A DNA stretch of 63,179 nucleotides, counting the filler, from Licmophora abbreviata (lineage: Eukaryota): the NCBI GenBank assembly GCA_900291995.1. It is 19 parts of 19 records of this genome, joined end to end, with 100 filler letters (N's around TTAATTAATTAA, not from the genome) between each part and the next. Parts side by side here need not be neighbours in the genome. Positions count along the whole stretch, not along the records: positions 53,887 to 55,317 come from OLMU01002812.1; positions 55,418 to 63,179 come from OLMU01002813.1; 17 more parts are not named here. One strand, written 5' to 3'. Each line of letters opens with the position of its first letter. The stretch's first letter is position 1. Shown one piece after another: positions 55,035 to 63,179 of this stretch. Both the position numbers and the translations under genes were made by a program. The notes beneath the pieces are model-generated. The model saw only the letters and a list, made by a program, of their open reading frames with translations, was not told the DNA's origin and searched no databases.

Positions 55035-56085
55035 ATGAGCACGCCCACATGGGGCCTTGTCGCAACGATCAAGGCCGACACCACCGCGATCCTGAATTTC
55101 GCCGCCCATCATCTCGATCTGGGCGCCCACCGGCTGCATGTCTATCTCGACGCCCCCGCGCCTCACGCCTTCGCCGCCCTCAAGGCGCATCCCAAATGCC
55201 GCGTCACCCAATGTGACGCCACCTATTGGGACCGGCGCGGCAAGCGCCCCGACGCCCATCAGCCGCGCCAGTCGATCAACGCCACCCATTGCCTGCAAAA
55301 GCGCCCGCAGGTCGACTNNNNNNNNNNNNNNNNNNNNNNNNNNNNNNNNNNNNNNNNNNNNTTAATTAATTAANNNNNNNNNNNNNNNNNNNNNNNNNNN
55401 NNNNNNNNNNNNNNNNNATATAGACGTGGACGAGTTCCTCTGGCCCTCCAGCCCCCTGCCGTCGCAGCTCGCCGCCCTGCCGCCCGACACGATCAGCGCC
55501 CGCATCCGCCCGCTCGAGGCGATGGCCCCCGATCCCTCCGATCCGCCGCCGCCCGGTGTCACCTGGTTCAAGGCCTGCGCCCCCTTCCCCGGTCATCGCC
55601 GCAATGAGACGGCCGAGATCTATCCCACCTACGGCCCGCATCTGAACGGCGGCTTTCTCAGCCATGTGGCGGGCAAGATCTTCGTGCGCACCGACCGCCC
55701 CGATCTGAGCCTGCGGATCCACAACGCCTTCATCGACCGTGACAAGGACCCATCGCCCGCCACGCTCGACGAGACCGAGCTGTGCCACCTCCATGCCCCC
55801 GACTGGGACCGCTGGCGCGAGGCCTACCGCTTCCGCCTTGCACAAGGCTCCTATCGCGCAGGGCTCAAGCCGCCCCCCGCCTCCGGCCCCGAGGCGCTCA
55901 CCATGAACGCGCTCTTTGCGCTTCTGGAAGAGGACCGTGGCGAGACCGCCCTTGCCGATTTCTTCGCCGAGGTCTGCATCGCCACCCCCGATCTGCGCGC
56001 CCGGCTCGAGCGATACGGCCATCTGCGCCGCATCGCGCTCGATCTTGACGCCAAACGCGCCCGCCATTTCCCCGATCACGCGTGA
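55035..56085 (+). CDS. glycosyltransferase family 2-like protein; gap at 55318-55417
   Basis: AHHLDLGA..YLD, RQ..NA, IDVDEF (DxD), HVAGKIF. Confidence 0.75.
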
Positions 56086-56280
56086 CTGTTGCCATTTCGG
56101 CAACTATCCTTATGTTCAAGGGCAGATTATCACGTAAACGACCGGCTCCATTGACCATACCCCCCAATATCCGGTAAACGCCGCTTCAAGGGTCACAGAC
56201 GTGATGCGCCACGGGGCCAGACGGGTCCGACCCTGACATGACGTGCGGGCCAGGATAGTGTCCGCAAACCACGGACACAC

Positions 56281-57810
56281 ATGACAAAATTTTCCGATCT
56301 CAATCTGAACCCCAAAGTCCTCAAAGCCGTCGAAGAAGCAGGCTACACAGATCCGACGCCCATTCAGGCCGGCGCGATCCCTCCTGCCCTTGAAGGCCGT
56401 GACATCCTCGGCATCGCCCAGACGGGCACCGGCAAGACCGCCAGCTTCACCCTGCCCATGCTGTCGCTTCTGTCGCGCGGCCGGGCGCGGGCGCGGATGC
56501 CGCGCAGCCTTGTGCTCTGCCCGACGCGGGAACTGGCCGCACAGGTGGCCGAAAACTTCGACACCTATTCCAAACACCTCAAGCTGACCAAGGCGCTGCT
56601 CATCGGCGGTGTCAGCTTCAAGGAACAGGACAAGCTGATCGACAAGGGCGTGGATGTGCTGATCTGCACCCCCGGTCGCCTGCTCGATCATTTCGAACGC
56701 GGCAAGCTTCTGCTGACCGGCGTTCAGATCATGGTCGTGGACGAGGCCGACCGCATGCTCGACATGGGCTTCATCCCCGATATCGAACGCATCTTCAGCC
56801 TGACGCCTTTCACCCGGCAAACCTTCTTCTTCTCGGCCACCATGGCCCCCGAGATCGAACGCATCACCAACACCTTCCTGCAAAACCCGGTGCGGATCGA
56901 AGTCGCACGTCAGGCCACCGCCTCCGAGACGATCGAACAGGGCGTGGTCATATTCAAGCCCTCGCGCCGCGAACGGGCCGACTCTGAAAAGCGCGACATC
57001 CTGCGCGCCATCATCGACGCCGAGGGCGAGGCCTGCACCAACGCCATCGTCTTCTGCAACCGCAAGGTCGATGTCGATATCGTCGCCAAGTCGCTCAAGA
57101 AACACGGCTACGACGCCGCCCCGATCCATGGCGATCTCGATCAATCACAGCGCACGCGCACCCTCGACGGCTTCCGCGCGGGCGACCTGAAAATTCTCGT
57201 GGCCTCCGACGTGGCCGCGCGCGGGCTCGATGTGCCCTCGGTCAGCCACGTGTTCAACTACGACGTGCCCGGCCATGCCGAAGACTATGTGCACCGCATC
57301 GGTCGCACCGGCCGCGCCGGCCGGTCCGGCAAGGCGATGATGATCTCCGGTCCGCGCGACGACAAGAACCTCGACGCGATCGAACGGCTGATCCAGAAAC
57401 AGATCCCCCGGCTCGAGAACCCCGTTGCCGGCACCTCGCCCTCCGATGAGGACAGCGCCGTATCCCCCGACACACGGCCCGAGGCCAAGTCCGACGACAA
57501 GCCCGCCCGCAGAAGCCGGAGCCGTACCTCGCGCTCCAAATCCGACAAGGCCGACACGGCACCTGCCCCGCAGGCCGACGTCGCCGAGGCGCCGCAGCAG
57601 CCCGAACCGGCTCAGGCCGCACCCGAGCGCCCCTCCGAGCCGCGACGCGACGACAGATCGCAAGACACCCGCTCCGGCTCCCGTCGCGGCGGCGGCGGCA
57701 GCGGTGGTGGTCGTGGCAGGTCCGGCGGCGGCGGCAACGCGGTTGTCGGCATGGGCGATCATATGCCCAGCTTCATCGCCCTCAGCTTCGAGGAACGCCG
57801 CACCGATTGA
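56281..57810 (+). CDS. DEAD-box RNA helicase
   Basis: AQTGTGKT, PTRELA, DEAD, SAT, HRIGRTGRAG; disordered tail ending GMGDHMPSFI. Confidence 0.95.
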   Translation: MTKFSDLNLNPKVLKAVEEAGYTDPTPIQAGAIPPALEGRDILGIAQTGTGKTASFTLPMLSLLSRGRARARMPRSLVLCPTRELAAQVAENFDTYSKHLKLTKALLIGGVSFKEQDKLIDKGVDVLICTPGRLLDHFERGKLLLTGVQIMVVDEADRMLDMGFIPDIERIFSLTPFTRQTFFFSATMAPEIERITNTFLQNPVRIEVARQATASETIEQGVVIFKPSRRERADSEKRDILRAIIDAEGEACTNAIVFCNRKVDVDIVAKSLKKHGYDAAPIHGDLDQSQRTRTLDGFRAGDLKILVASDVAARGLDVPSVSHVFNYDVPGHAEDYVHRIGRTGRAGRSGKAMMISGPRDDKNLDAIERLIQKQIPRLENPVAGTSPSDEDSAVSPDTRPEAKSDDKPARRSRSRTSRSKSDKADTAPAPQADVAEAPQQPEPAQAAPERPSEPRRDDRSQDTRSGSRRGGGGSGGGRGRSGGGGNAVVGMGDHMPSFIALSFEERRTD

Positions 57811-57836
57811 TGCGCGCAGACTCAAGGCACCAAATT

Positions 57837-57879
57837 AAAAAAAACCTGCCTCCACCCCTCGGGCCAAGGCAGGTTTTTT
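57837..57879. terminator. bidirectional intrinsic terminator
   Basis: A8-CCTGCCT...AGGCAGG-T6 between the convergent helicase and rnj. Confidence 0.8.
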
Positions 57880-57882
57880 GCT

Positions 57883-57967
57883 GTTTGCGTACAAGATGGA
57901 CACAATTTGCGGGATAGACCCCCGGTTCCGTACGAAACCTGCGTAGGTTTCGTACGGCTCGTACGGA
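57883..57967. repeat. 85-bp dispersed GTAC-rich repeat (family B), copy 2
   Basis: Colinear with 5815-5899; contains perfect hairpin CCGTACGAAACCT-GCGT-AGGTTTCGTACGG. Confidence 0.7.
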
Positions 57968-57968
57968 T

Positions 57969-59639
57969 TTATTCCGCCAGACGGCTGATCACCACGGTCA
58001 CTTCCGGGCGCTTGCCGATCTCGGTCTGTGCCGATTGCCGCGCGATCTTGCGCAGCGCGTCTTCCAGCTTCTCGTCATCCGTCAGAACCTTCGCCCCGGC
58101 GCGCCCAAGAAACTGGCCAAGATCCTCTTCGAGCACATCCACAAGCGGTGCGCGGCTCGTGCCCGTCTCCGGCAAGCCCTTGATTTCACACCAAGGTTCG
58201 CCCAACGGCTCGTCCTCTTCGTCAAGGATCACATTGACCGTGACATGCCCGTTCAGCGCCATGCGGATACGATCCCGCACGATCCCGTCCAGCGCCCCGA
58301 TCTTGACCGAGCCATCCAGATAGGTCCGGCCCGTCTCCACATAGTCGCACACTTCCGCGCGGTTGCCCGTCAGGTCCACCATCGTTCCATTCACTGCAAG
58401 AACGCCCTGCATCCTTTTGGAATTGGCCAATTTTACGTGTTCTCGCAAATGCCGGTGCTCGCCATGCATCGGCACCACGATCTGAGGTTGGAGCAAATCA
58501 TGCAGCTTTTCGAGGTCCGGTCGGTTGGCATGGCCCGAGACGTGATACTTGCCGTCAGAATCATCCACAACATCGACGCCCATCTCACTGAATTGGTTCA
58601 TGATTTTGATAACGCCGCGTTCATTGCCGGGGATCGTCTTGGAGGAAAACAGGAACATGTCGCCCTCTTTCATCGACAGCCCCAGATAATTCCCCTGCGC
58701 CAGCTGCGCGCTCGCCGCGCGCCGCTCCCCCTGACTGCCGGTGACGATCAGCATCAGGTTTTCGCGCGGAATATCCTTTGCTTCTTCGGGACTTACGGTT
58801 TTCGGGAACGAGGTCAGAACCCCCGTTTCCACCGACGCTTCGATCATCCGCCGCATCGCGCGCCCCAAAAGACAGACTGACCTTCCCGCCCGATCCGCCG
58901 CCTCGGCCAATGTCTTGAGCCGTGCCACGTTGCTGGCAAAGGTGGTCGCCACGACCATCCCCTTGGCACCCGCGATCAGGGCCTGGATATCCTCGGCCAA
59001 AGTACTTTCAGAACGCCCTGCATGTGTATTGAAAACATTGGTGGAATCGCACATCAGCGCCTTGACGCCGGGCTTGGCCAGACTGGCCCAAAGCTCAGGA
59101 TCGAACGGCTCGCCCACCACCGGGTTGGCGTCGATCTTGAAATCCCCCGAATGCACCACGCGGCCCTTGGGCGTGTCGATGACCAGCCCGGAACTCTCTG
59201 GAATCGAATGAGAAATCGGAACGAACCCCACGGTGAACGGCCCAACCTTGGTTACTTCAGGCCAGGGCGACACGACCCGCACCGCCTTTTCGGAATAGCC
59301 GAACTCTTCCATCTTGCGCCGCGCGATATTGGCCGTGAACGCCCGCGCATAGACCGGCGCGCCCAACTGCTCGTAATAATGCGCCACGGCACCCACATGA
59401 TCTTCGTGAGCATGGGTGATAAAGATCGCCTCCAGCTGGTCACGTCGGTCCGCAAGCCATTGAATATCCGGGAAAATCAGATCGACACCGGGTGAGCTGT
59501 CCATGTCCGGAAACGTCACCCCCAGATCGACGAGGATCAACCTCTCCTTGCCCTTCGGCCCATAGCCGTAAACATAGGCGTTCATGCCAATTTCGCCGGC
59601 CCCGCCAAGGGGCATGTAGATCAGTCTATCGCTGCTCAT
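57969..59639 (-). CDS. rnj: ribonuclease J
   Basis: GEIGMN, THAHEDH, HSIPE, GDFK, DSTN, TGSQGE, HVSGH, PMHGE. Confidence 0.96.
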   Translation of the reverse strand: MSSDRLIYMPLGGAGEIGMNAYVYGYGPKGKERLILVDLGVTFPDMDSSPGVDLIFPDIQWLADRRDQLEAIFITHAHEDHVGAVAHYYEQLGAPVYARAFTANIARRKMEEFGYSEKAVRVVSPWPEVTKVGPFTVGFVPISHSIPESSGLVIDTPKGRVVHSGDFKIDANPVVGEPFDPELWASLAKPGVKALMCDSTNVFNTHAGRSESTLAEDIQALIAGAKGMVVATTFASNVARLKTLAEAADRAGRSVCLLGRAMRRMIEASVETGVLTSFPKTVSPEEAKDIPRENLMLIVTGSQGERRAASAQLAQGNYLGLSMKEGDMFLFSSKTIPGNERGVIKIMNQFSEMGVDVVDDSDGKYHVSGHANRPDLEKLHDLLQPQIVVPMHGEHRHLREHVKLANSKRMQGVLAVNGTMVDLTGNRAEVCDYVETGRTYLDGSVKIGALDGIVRDRIRMALNGHVTVNVILDEEDEPLGEPWCEIKGLPETGTSRAPLVDVLEEDLGQFLGRAGAKVLTDDEKLEDALRKIARQSAQTEIGKRPEVTVVISRLAE

Positions 59640-60415
59640 GAGGTTTGTGCCTTCTTGTTGTAATCATGAATCACGGTCAGCCCGTGCATTGTCAAATCGT
59701 CTTCGATCGCGTCGAACAGCATGTCGCCCTGCGCAAAAAGCGAGGCCAGACCGCCCGTGCCGATGATCCGCATCGGGCGATCATACTCGGCCCTGATGCG
59801 CTCGCACACGCCATTGACCAGCCCCACATAGCCCCAGAACACACCAGACTGCATACAAGCTACCGTATTGGTTCCAATGACTTTTTGTGGCTTGGTCACG
59901 TCCACATGCGGCAGCGCCGCCGCCGCTGTGTGCAGCGCCTCAAGGCTCAGGTTCACGCCCGGCGCGATCACACCACCCACATAAGCGCCATCCTGCGCCA
60001 CCACGTCAAAGGTGGTCGCGGTGCCGAAATCCACCACGATCAGATCGCCGCCATGCCGCTCATAGGCCCCTTCCGAATTCACCAGCCGGTCCGGCCCCAC
60101 CTGCGTACCCGGATCGACCCGAGGCGGATGCGGCAACAGGCATTCAGGCTTACCCACCACCAACGGCCGGCATCCAAAGAACCGGTCGGCAAAGACCCGC
60201 AGGTTGAAAACAACCCGCGGCACCGTCGACGAGATGATCACATCGGTTATGTGCGCCTCGATCCCATAATGCTTCACAAGTGTCGAAAACCACGTGAAAT
60301 AAGCATCTGCCGTGCGCGCATGGTGGGTCGAGGTGCGCAACGTGCACAAGAAGGACCTGCCGTCCCAGATCGAAAACACGGTATTCGTATTGCCGCAGTC
60401 AATGGCCAGAAGCAT
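59636..60415 (-). CDS. coaX: type III pantothenate kinase
   Basis: IDCGNTN, VGPDR, DFGTATTFD, GGVIAPG, TGG. Confidence 0.95.
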   Translation of the reverse strand: MLLAIDCGNTNTVFSIWDGRSFLCTLRTSTHHARTADAYFTWFSTLVKHYGIEAHITDVIISSTVPRVVFNLRVFADRFFGCRPLVVGKPECLLPHPPRVDPGTQVGPDRLVNSEGAYERHGGDLIVVDFGTATTFDVVAQDGAYVGGVIAPGVNLSLEALHTAAAALPHVDVTKPQKVIGTNTVACMQSGVFWGYVGLVNGVCERIRAEYDRPMRIIGTGGLASLFAQGDMLFDAIEDDLTMHGLTVIHDYNKKAQTS

Positions 60416-60426
60416 TTGGCGCTCCT

Positions 60427-61199
60427 TCAGAAAAACACTTCGGCCGCCGGAATGGCGTGCCGGGTTTGCGGCGTAGTTAGAACAAGATTGCCCGCCTCGT
60501 CCACCGTCTCGAAGATACCGGTAATTGCATCGCGGCTGGTACGCGCGGTGATCGTCTGCCCGAGTTTCGCCGCCCGCGCCAGCCATTCCGCGCGGATGGG
60601 TGCGAACCCATAGGTGGTGAATTGCGCCTCGTAATGGGCATAGGCGGGCGCCAGAAGGTCCAGAAACTCTTCAGGGGTGACCGTAACACCAGCCTCGGAC
60701 AACAGCGACACAGGCCGCAGCGCGCCCTCTTCGACCATGTCGCGGCCCGGCGCCTGCGCAAGATTCACACCGATGCCGATCGCGAAATACGACAGCCCTT
60801 CGCGGGTGCCGGCACTTTCCAGCAGGATCCCCGCCAGCTTGCCGCCATTCAAAAGCACGTCGTTGGGCCATTTGAGGCTCAGCCCGGCGCTCCGCCCGGT
60901 CGCGGCCACGAACGCATCGAACAAGGCCAGCGATGCCACAAAGGACGCAGCGCCACCTGATCGGGGCTTTCTGTCGGTCGCATGACCAGCGTGGCGGCGA
61001 AATTGCCCGCGGGATGCGTCCACGGCCGCCCGCGCCTTCCGCGCGCGGCGGTCTGGTTGAGCGCCAGTATCCATTCCGGGCCGGACAGGCTGGGGGCAAG
61101 CCGCGCGGCTTCGGCATTGGTGCTGTCCACTTCGGCCAGCACCCGGCGCCCCACGCCGATGGGCCAGGTCGTCGTGTCACCGCGCACCGCCCCCATCAT
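60427..61199 (-). CDS. birA: biotin--protein ligase (no HTH); frameshift near 60945
   Basis: DSTN, QTAARGRRGRPW in one frame; KWPNDV..KLAGILLE, GIGVN in the other. Confidence 0.9.
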
Positions 61200-61289
61200 C
61201 GACCCACCGCTACCGCAGGACAGCGGCCATCCCAAACGAAGTGACGCGCCATTGGCGCGTCACGGTCACGGTTTCGGGGCTGAACGCGG

Positions 61290-62723
61290 TCAGTTGACAA
61301 GGGTCGCTGCCGCCGCCTGAGCCATAGCTTCGATCCCGAACATGTTGATAATGCCCAACAACATCAACGCCGCCGAGACCATCAAGAAGCTCCACTGCAC
61401 AGGAGACCGCGCCGTTTCGAGAGGTTCCCTCTCTTCCCCGAAATACATGAAATACACGATCCGAAGATAGTAGAACGCACCGATCACGCTGGCGATGACC
61501 CCTGCAATGGCAAGCCATGCCAGACCGCCCTCATAGGCCGCGCGCAGCACATAGAGCTTGCCGAAAAAGCCCAAGAGAGGCGGCACACCTGCCAGGCTGA
61601 ACAGCAGGATCAGCATGGCCAGCGCACGGCCCGGATGGGCGCGGGAATACATGTTGAGGCTCGCGATCTCGGTGATCGGCTGGCCATCGCGCTCCATCGA
61701 CAGGATGAAGGCGAAGGTGCCGATATTCATCGTCACGTAGATCGCCATGTAGATCAGCATGGACTGCACGCCAAAGGCCGTCCCTGCGGCAAGCCCCATC
61801 AACGCATAGCCCATGTGTGCGATCGAGGAGTAGGCCATCAGCCGCTTGATATCGGTCTGTCCGATCGCGGCCACAGCACCGAGGAACATCGACAACAGCG
61901 CCAGCACCGCAAGCACCTGCTGCCAGTCGCCGACCACATTTCCGAAGGCATCATGCACCACCCGGGCAAAGAGGGCCATTGCCGCCACTTTGGGCGCCGT
62001 GGCGAAGAAGGCGGTGATCGGCGTCGGCGCGCCCTCATACACATCCGGTGTCCACATGTGGAACGGAACCGCAGAAACCTTGAAGGCAAGACCCGCCAGC
62101 ACCAGCACCAGACCAATCAGCAGCCCCACAGGCGCCTGACCGTCCGCCGCGACGATGATGCCGGAAAACAGCGTCGTGCCCGCGTAGCCATAGGTCAGGG
62201 AGGCTCCATAAAGCAGCAGCCCCGAACTCAGCGCGCCGAGAACGAAATACTTCAGACCGGCTTCGGTCGATTTCGCACTGTCACGGCGCAGCGAGGCCAC
62301 CACATAAAGCGCCAGAGACTGCAGCTCCAGCCCCATGTATAGCGCCATCAAATCGCCCGCGCTTACCATCAGCATCATGCCGACCGCACAAAGCGCGATG
62401 AGCACCGGATACTCGAACCGCAGGATCTTGCGGCGCATCATGTATTCCTGCCCCATCACCATCACGGCGGCCGCACTGAGCAGGATCATCACCTTGGCAA
62501 AGCGCGAAAATGCATCGTCGTTGAACATGCCGTCAAAAGCGGTGCGCGTGCCCTGCCCCGTCGTGCCGATCCACAGCGCCATAACGGTGAACAGACCTGC
62601 CGTCAGCCACAACAGCATCCCGGCCATACGGTCGCGGCCCGTATAGGCCGTGAACAGCAACGCGGCGATCGCATAGACCGAGATGACGATCTCGGGCAGG
62701 ATAACATTCAGATCAGCCTGCAT
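61290..62723 (-). CDS. nuoN: NADH-quinone oxidoreductase subunit N
   Basis: [39 protein letters not shown]. Confidence 0.96.
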   Translation of the reverse strand: MQADLNVILPEIVISVYAIAALLFTAYTGRDRMAGMLLWLTAGLFTVMALWIGTTGQGTRTAFDGMFNDDAFSRFAKVMILLSAAAVMVMGQEYMMRRKILRFEYPVLIALCAVGMMLMVSAGDLMALYMGLELQSLALYVVASLRRDSAKSTEAGLKYFVLGALSSGLLLYGASLTYGYAGTTLFSGIIVAADGQAPVGLLIGLVLVLAGLAFKVSAVPFHMWTPDVYEGAPTPITAFFATAPKVAAMALFARVVHDAFGNVVGDWQQVLAVLALLSMFLGAVAAIGQTDIKRLMAYSSIAHMGYALMGLAAGTAFGVQSMLIYMAIYVTMNIGTFAFILSMERDGQPITEIASLNMYSRAHPGRALAMLILLFSLAGVPPLLGFFGKLYVLRAAYEGGLAWLAIAGVIASVIGAFYYLRIVYFMYFGEEREPLETARSPVQWSFLMVSAALMLLGIINMFGIEAMAQAAAATLVN

Positions 62724-62738
62724 GTCTCAGGGCCTCCG

Positions 62739-63179
62739 TTACTGCTGCGCCGCGGCCAGCTGGTTAGCGCCATGCGCCTCGACCAGAGCCGTGTCGTAAT
62801 TTGAAATCAGGGCTTCCACCGAGGGTCCGATGATATCGGTCACAAGGCTTGGATAGACGCCCAGAAGCAGGGTCATCACCACAAGCGGCGCAAAGATCGC
62901 CCGCTCGCGCCCGGTCATGTCTCCGATCGACTTGAGGCTTTCCTTGATCAGATCGCCCAGCATCACTCGCCGGTAAAGCCAAAGCGCATAGGCCGCACTC
63001 AGGATCACACCCGTGGTGGCCACCAGCGCGACCCAGGTGTTGACCTGGAAGACACCGACCAGCGTTAGGAACTCGCCGATGAAACCGCTGGTGCCCGGCA
63101 AACCGACATTCGCCATGGTGAACAGCAGGAAAATGAGCGCATAGGCCGGCATCCGGTTCACAAGCCCGCCATAGGCGTC
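62739..63179 (-). CDS. nuoM: NADH-quinone oxidoreductase subunit M, C-terminal part
   Basis: [24 protein letters not shown]; directly upstream of nuoN. Confidence 0.95.
   Translation of the reverse strand, partial: DAYGGLVNRMPAYALIFLLFTMANVGLPGTSGFIGEFLTLVGVFQVNTWVALVATTGVILSAAYALWLYRRVMLGDLIKESLKSIGDMTGRERAIFAPLVVMTLLLGVYPSLVTDIIGPSVEALISNYDTALVEAHGANQLAAAQQ

Noticed and set aside
60427..61199. Programmed frameshift or pseudogene in birA (also glnE, mgsC, ydiU)
   Set aside because: No slippery heptamer seen; draft-quality sequence; errors are the simpler explanation

Overview
High-GC alphaproteobacterial DNA with Rhodobacteraceae/Roseobacter-type gene content. It is a draft scaffold: 19 sequence blocks joined by 18 artificial 100-nt linkers (N-run, TTAATTAATTAA, N-run), with several single-base frameshifts that look like sequencing errors. 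Most of the window is core chromosome: ndk, ABC-F, holC-pepA, lptFGD-surA-pdxA-rsmA, prmC-prfA, mazG, ydiU/selO, two DEAD-box helicases, a Fur-family regulator, eno, zwf-pgl-pgi, glnE, a Bpt/ATE transferase, prfC, rnj-coaX-birA and nuoNM. The left end is a C1/methylamine locus: gmaS and mgsABC with an XRE-cupin regulator, convergent on a gene that looks like malate thiokinase mtkB rather than sucD. The most unusual part is an accessory signalling islet (about 22.2-26.75 kb) that seems to have collapsed by deletion. An Aer2-like heme-PAS/HAMP chemoreceptor is cut off at the start of its signalling domain and joined tail-to-tail to a membrane histidine kinase, so each reads through into the other. 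Beside it are a ChvI-like regulator lacking the phosphoacceptor Asp and a 59-aa mini-gene made only of the two ends of an M20 amidohydrolase. Also seen: unannotated small proteins (one behind an FNR-type box), three families of short palindromic or dispersed repeats, and a pseudoknot-capable leader upstream of a DEAD-box helicase. No rRNA, tRNA, CRISPR array or transposase was found. I did not identify a complete new system with certainty. Family assignments come from motif recognition, not database searches.
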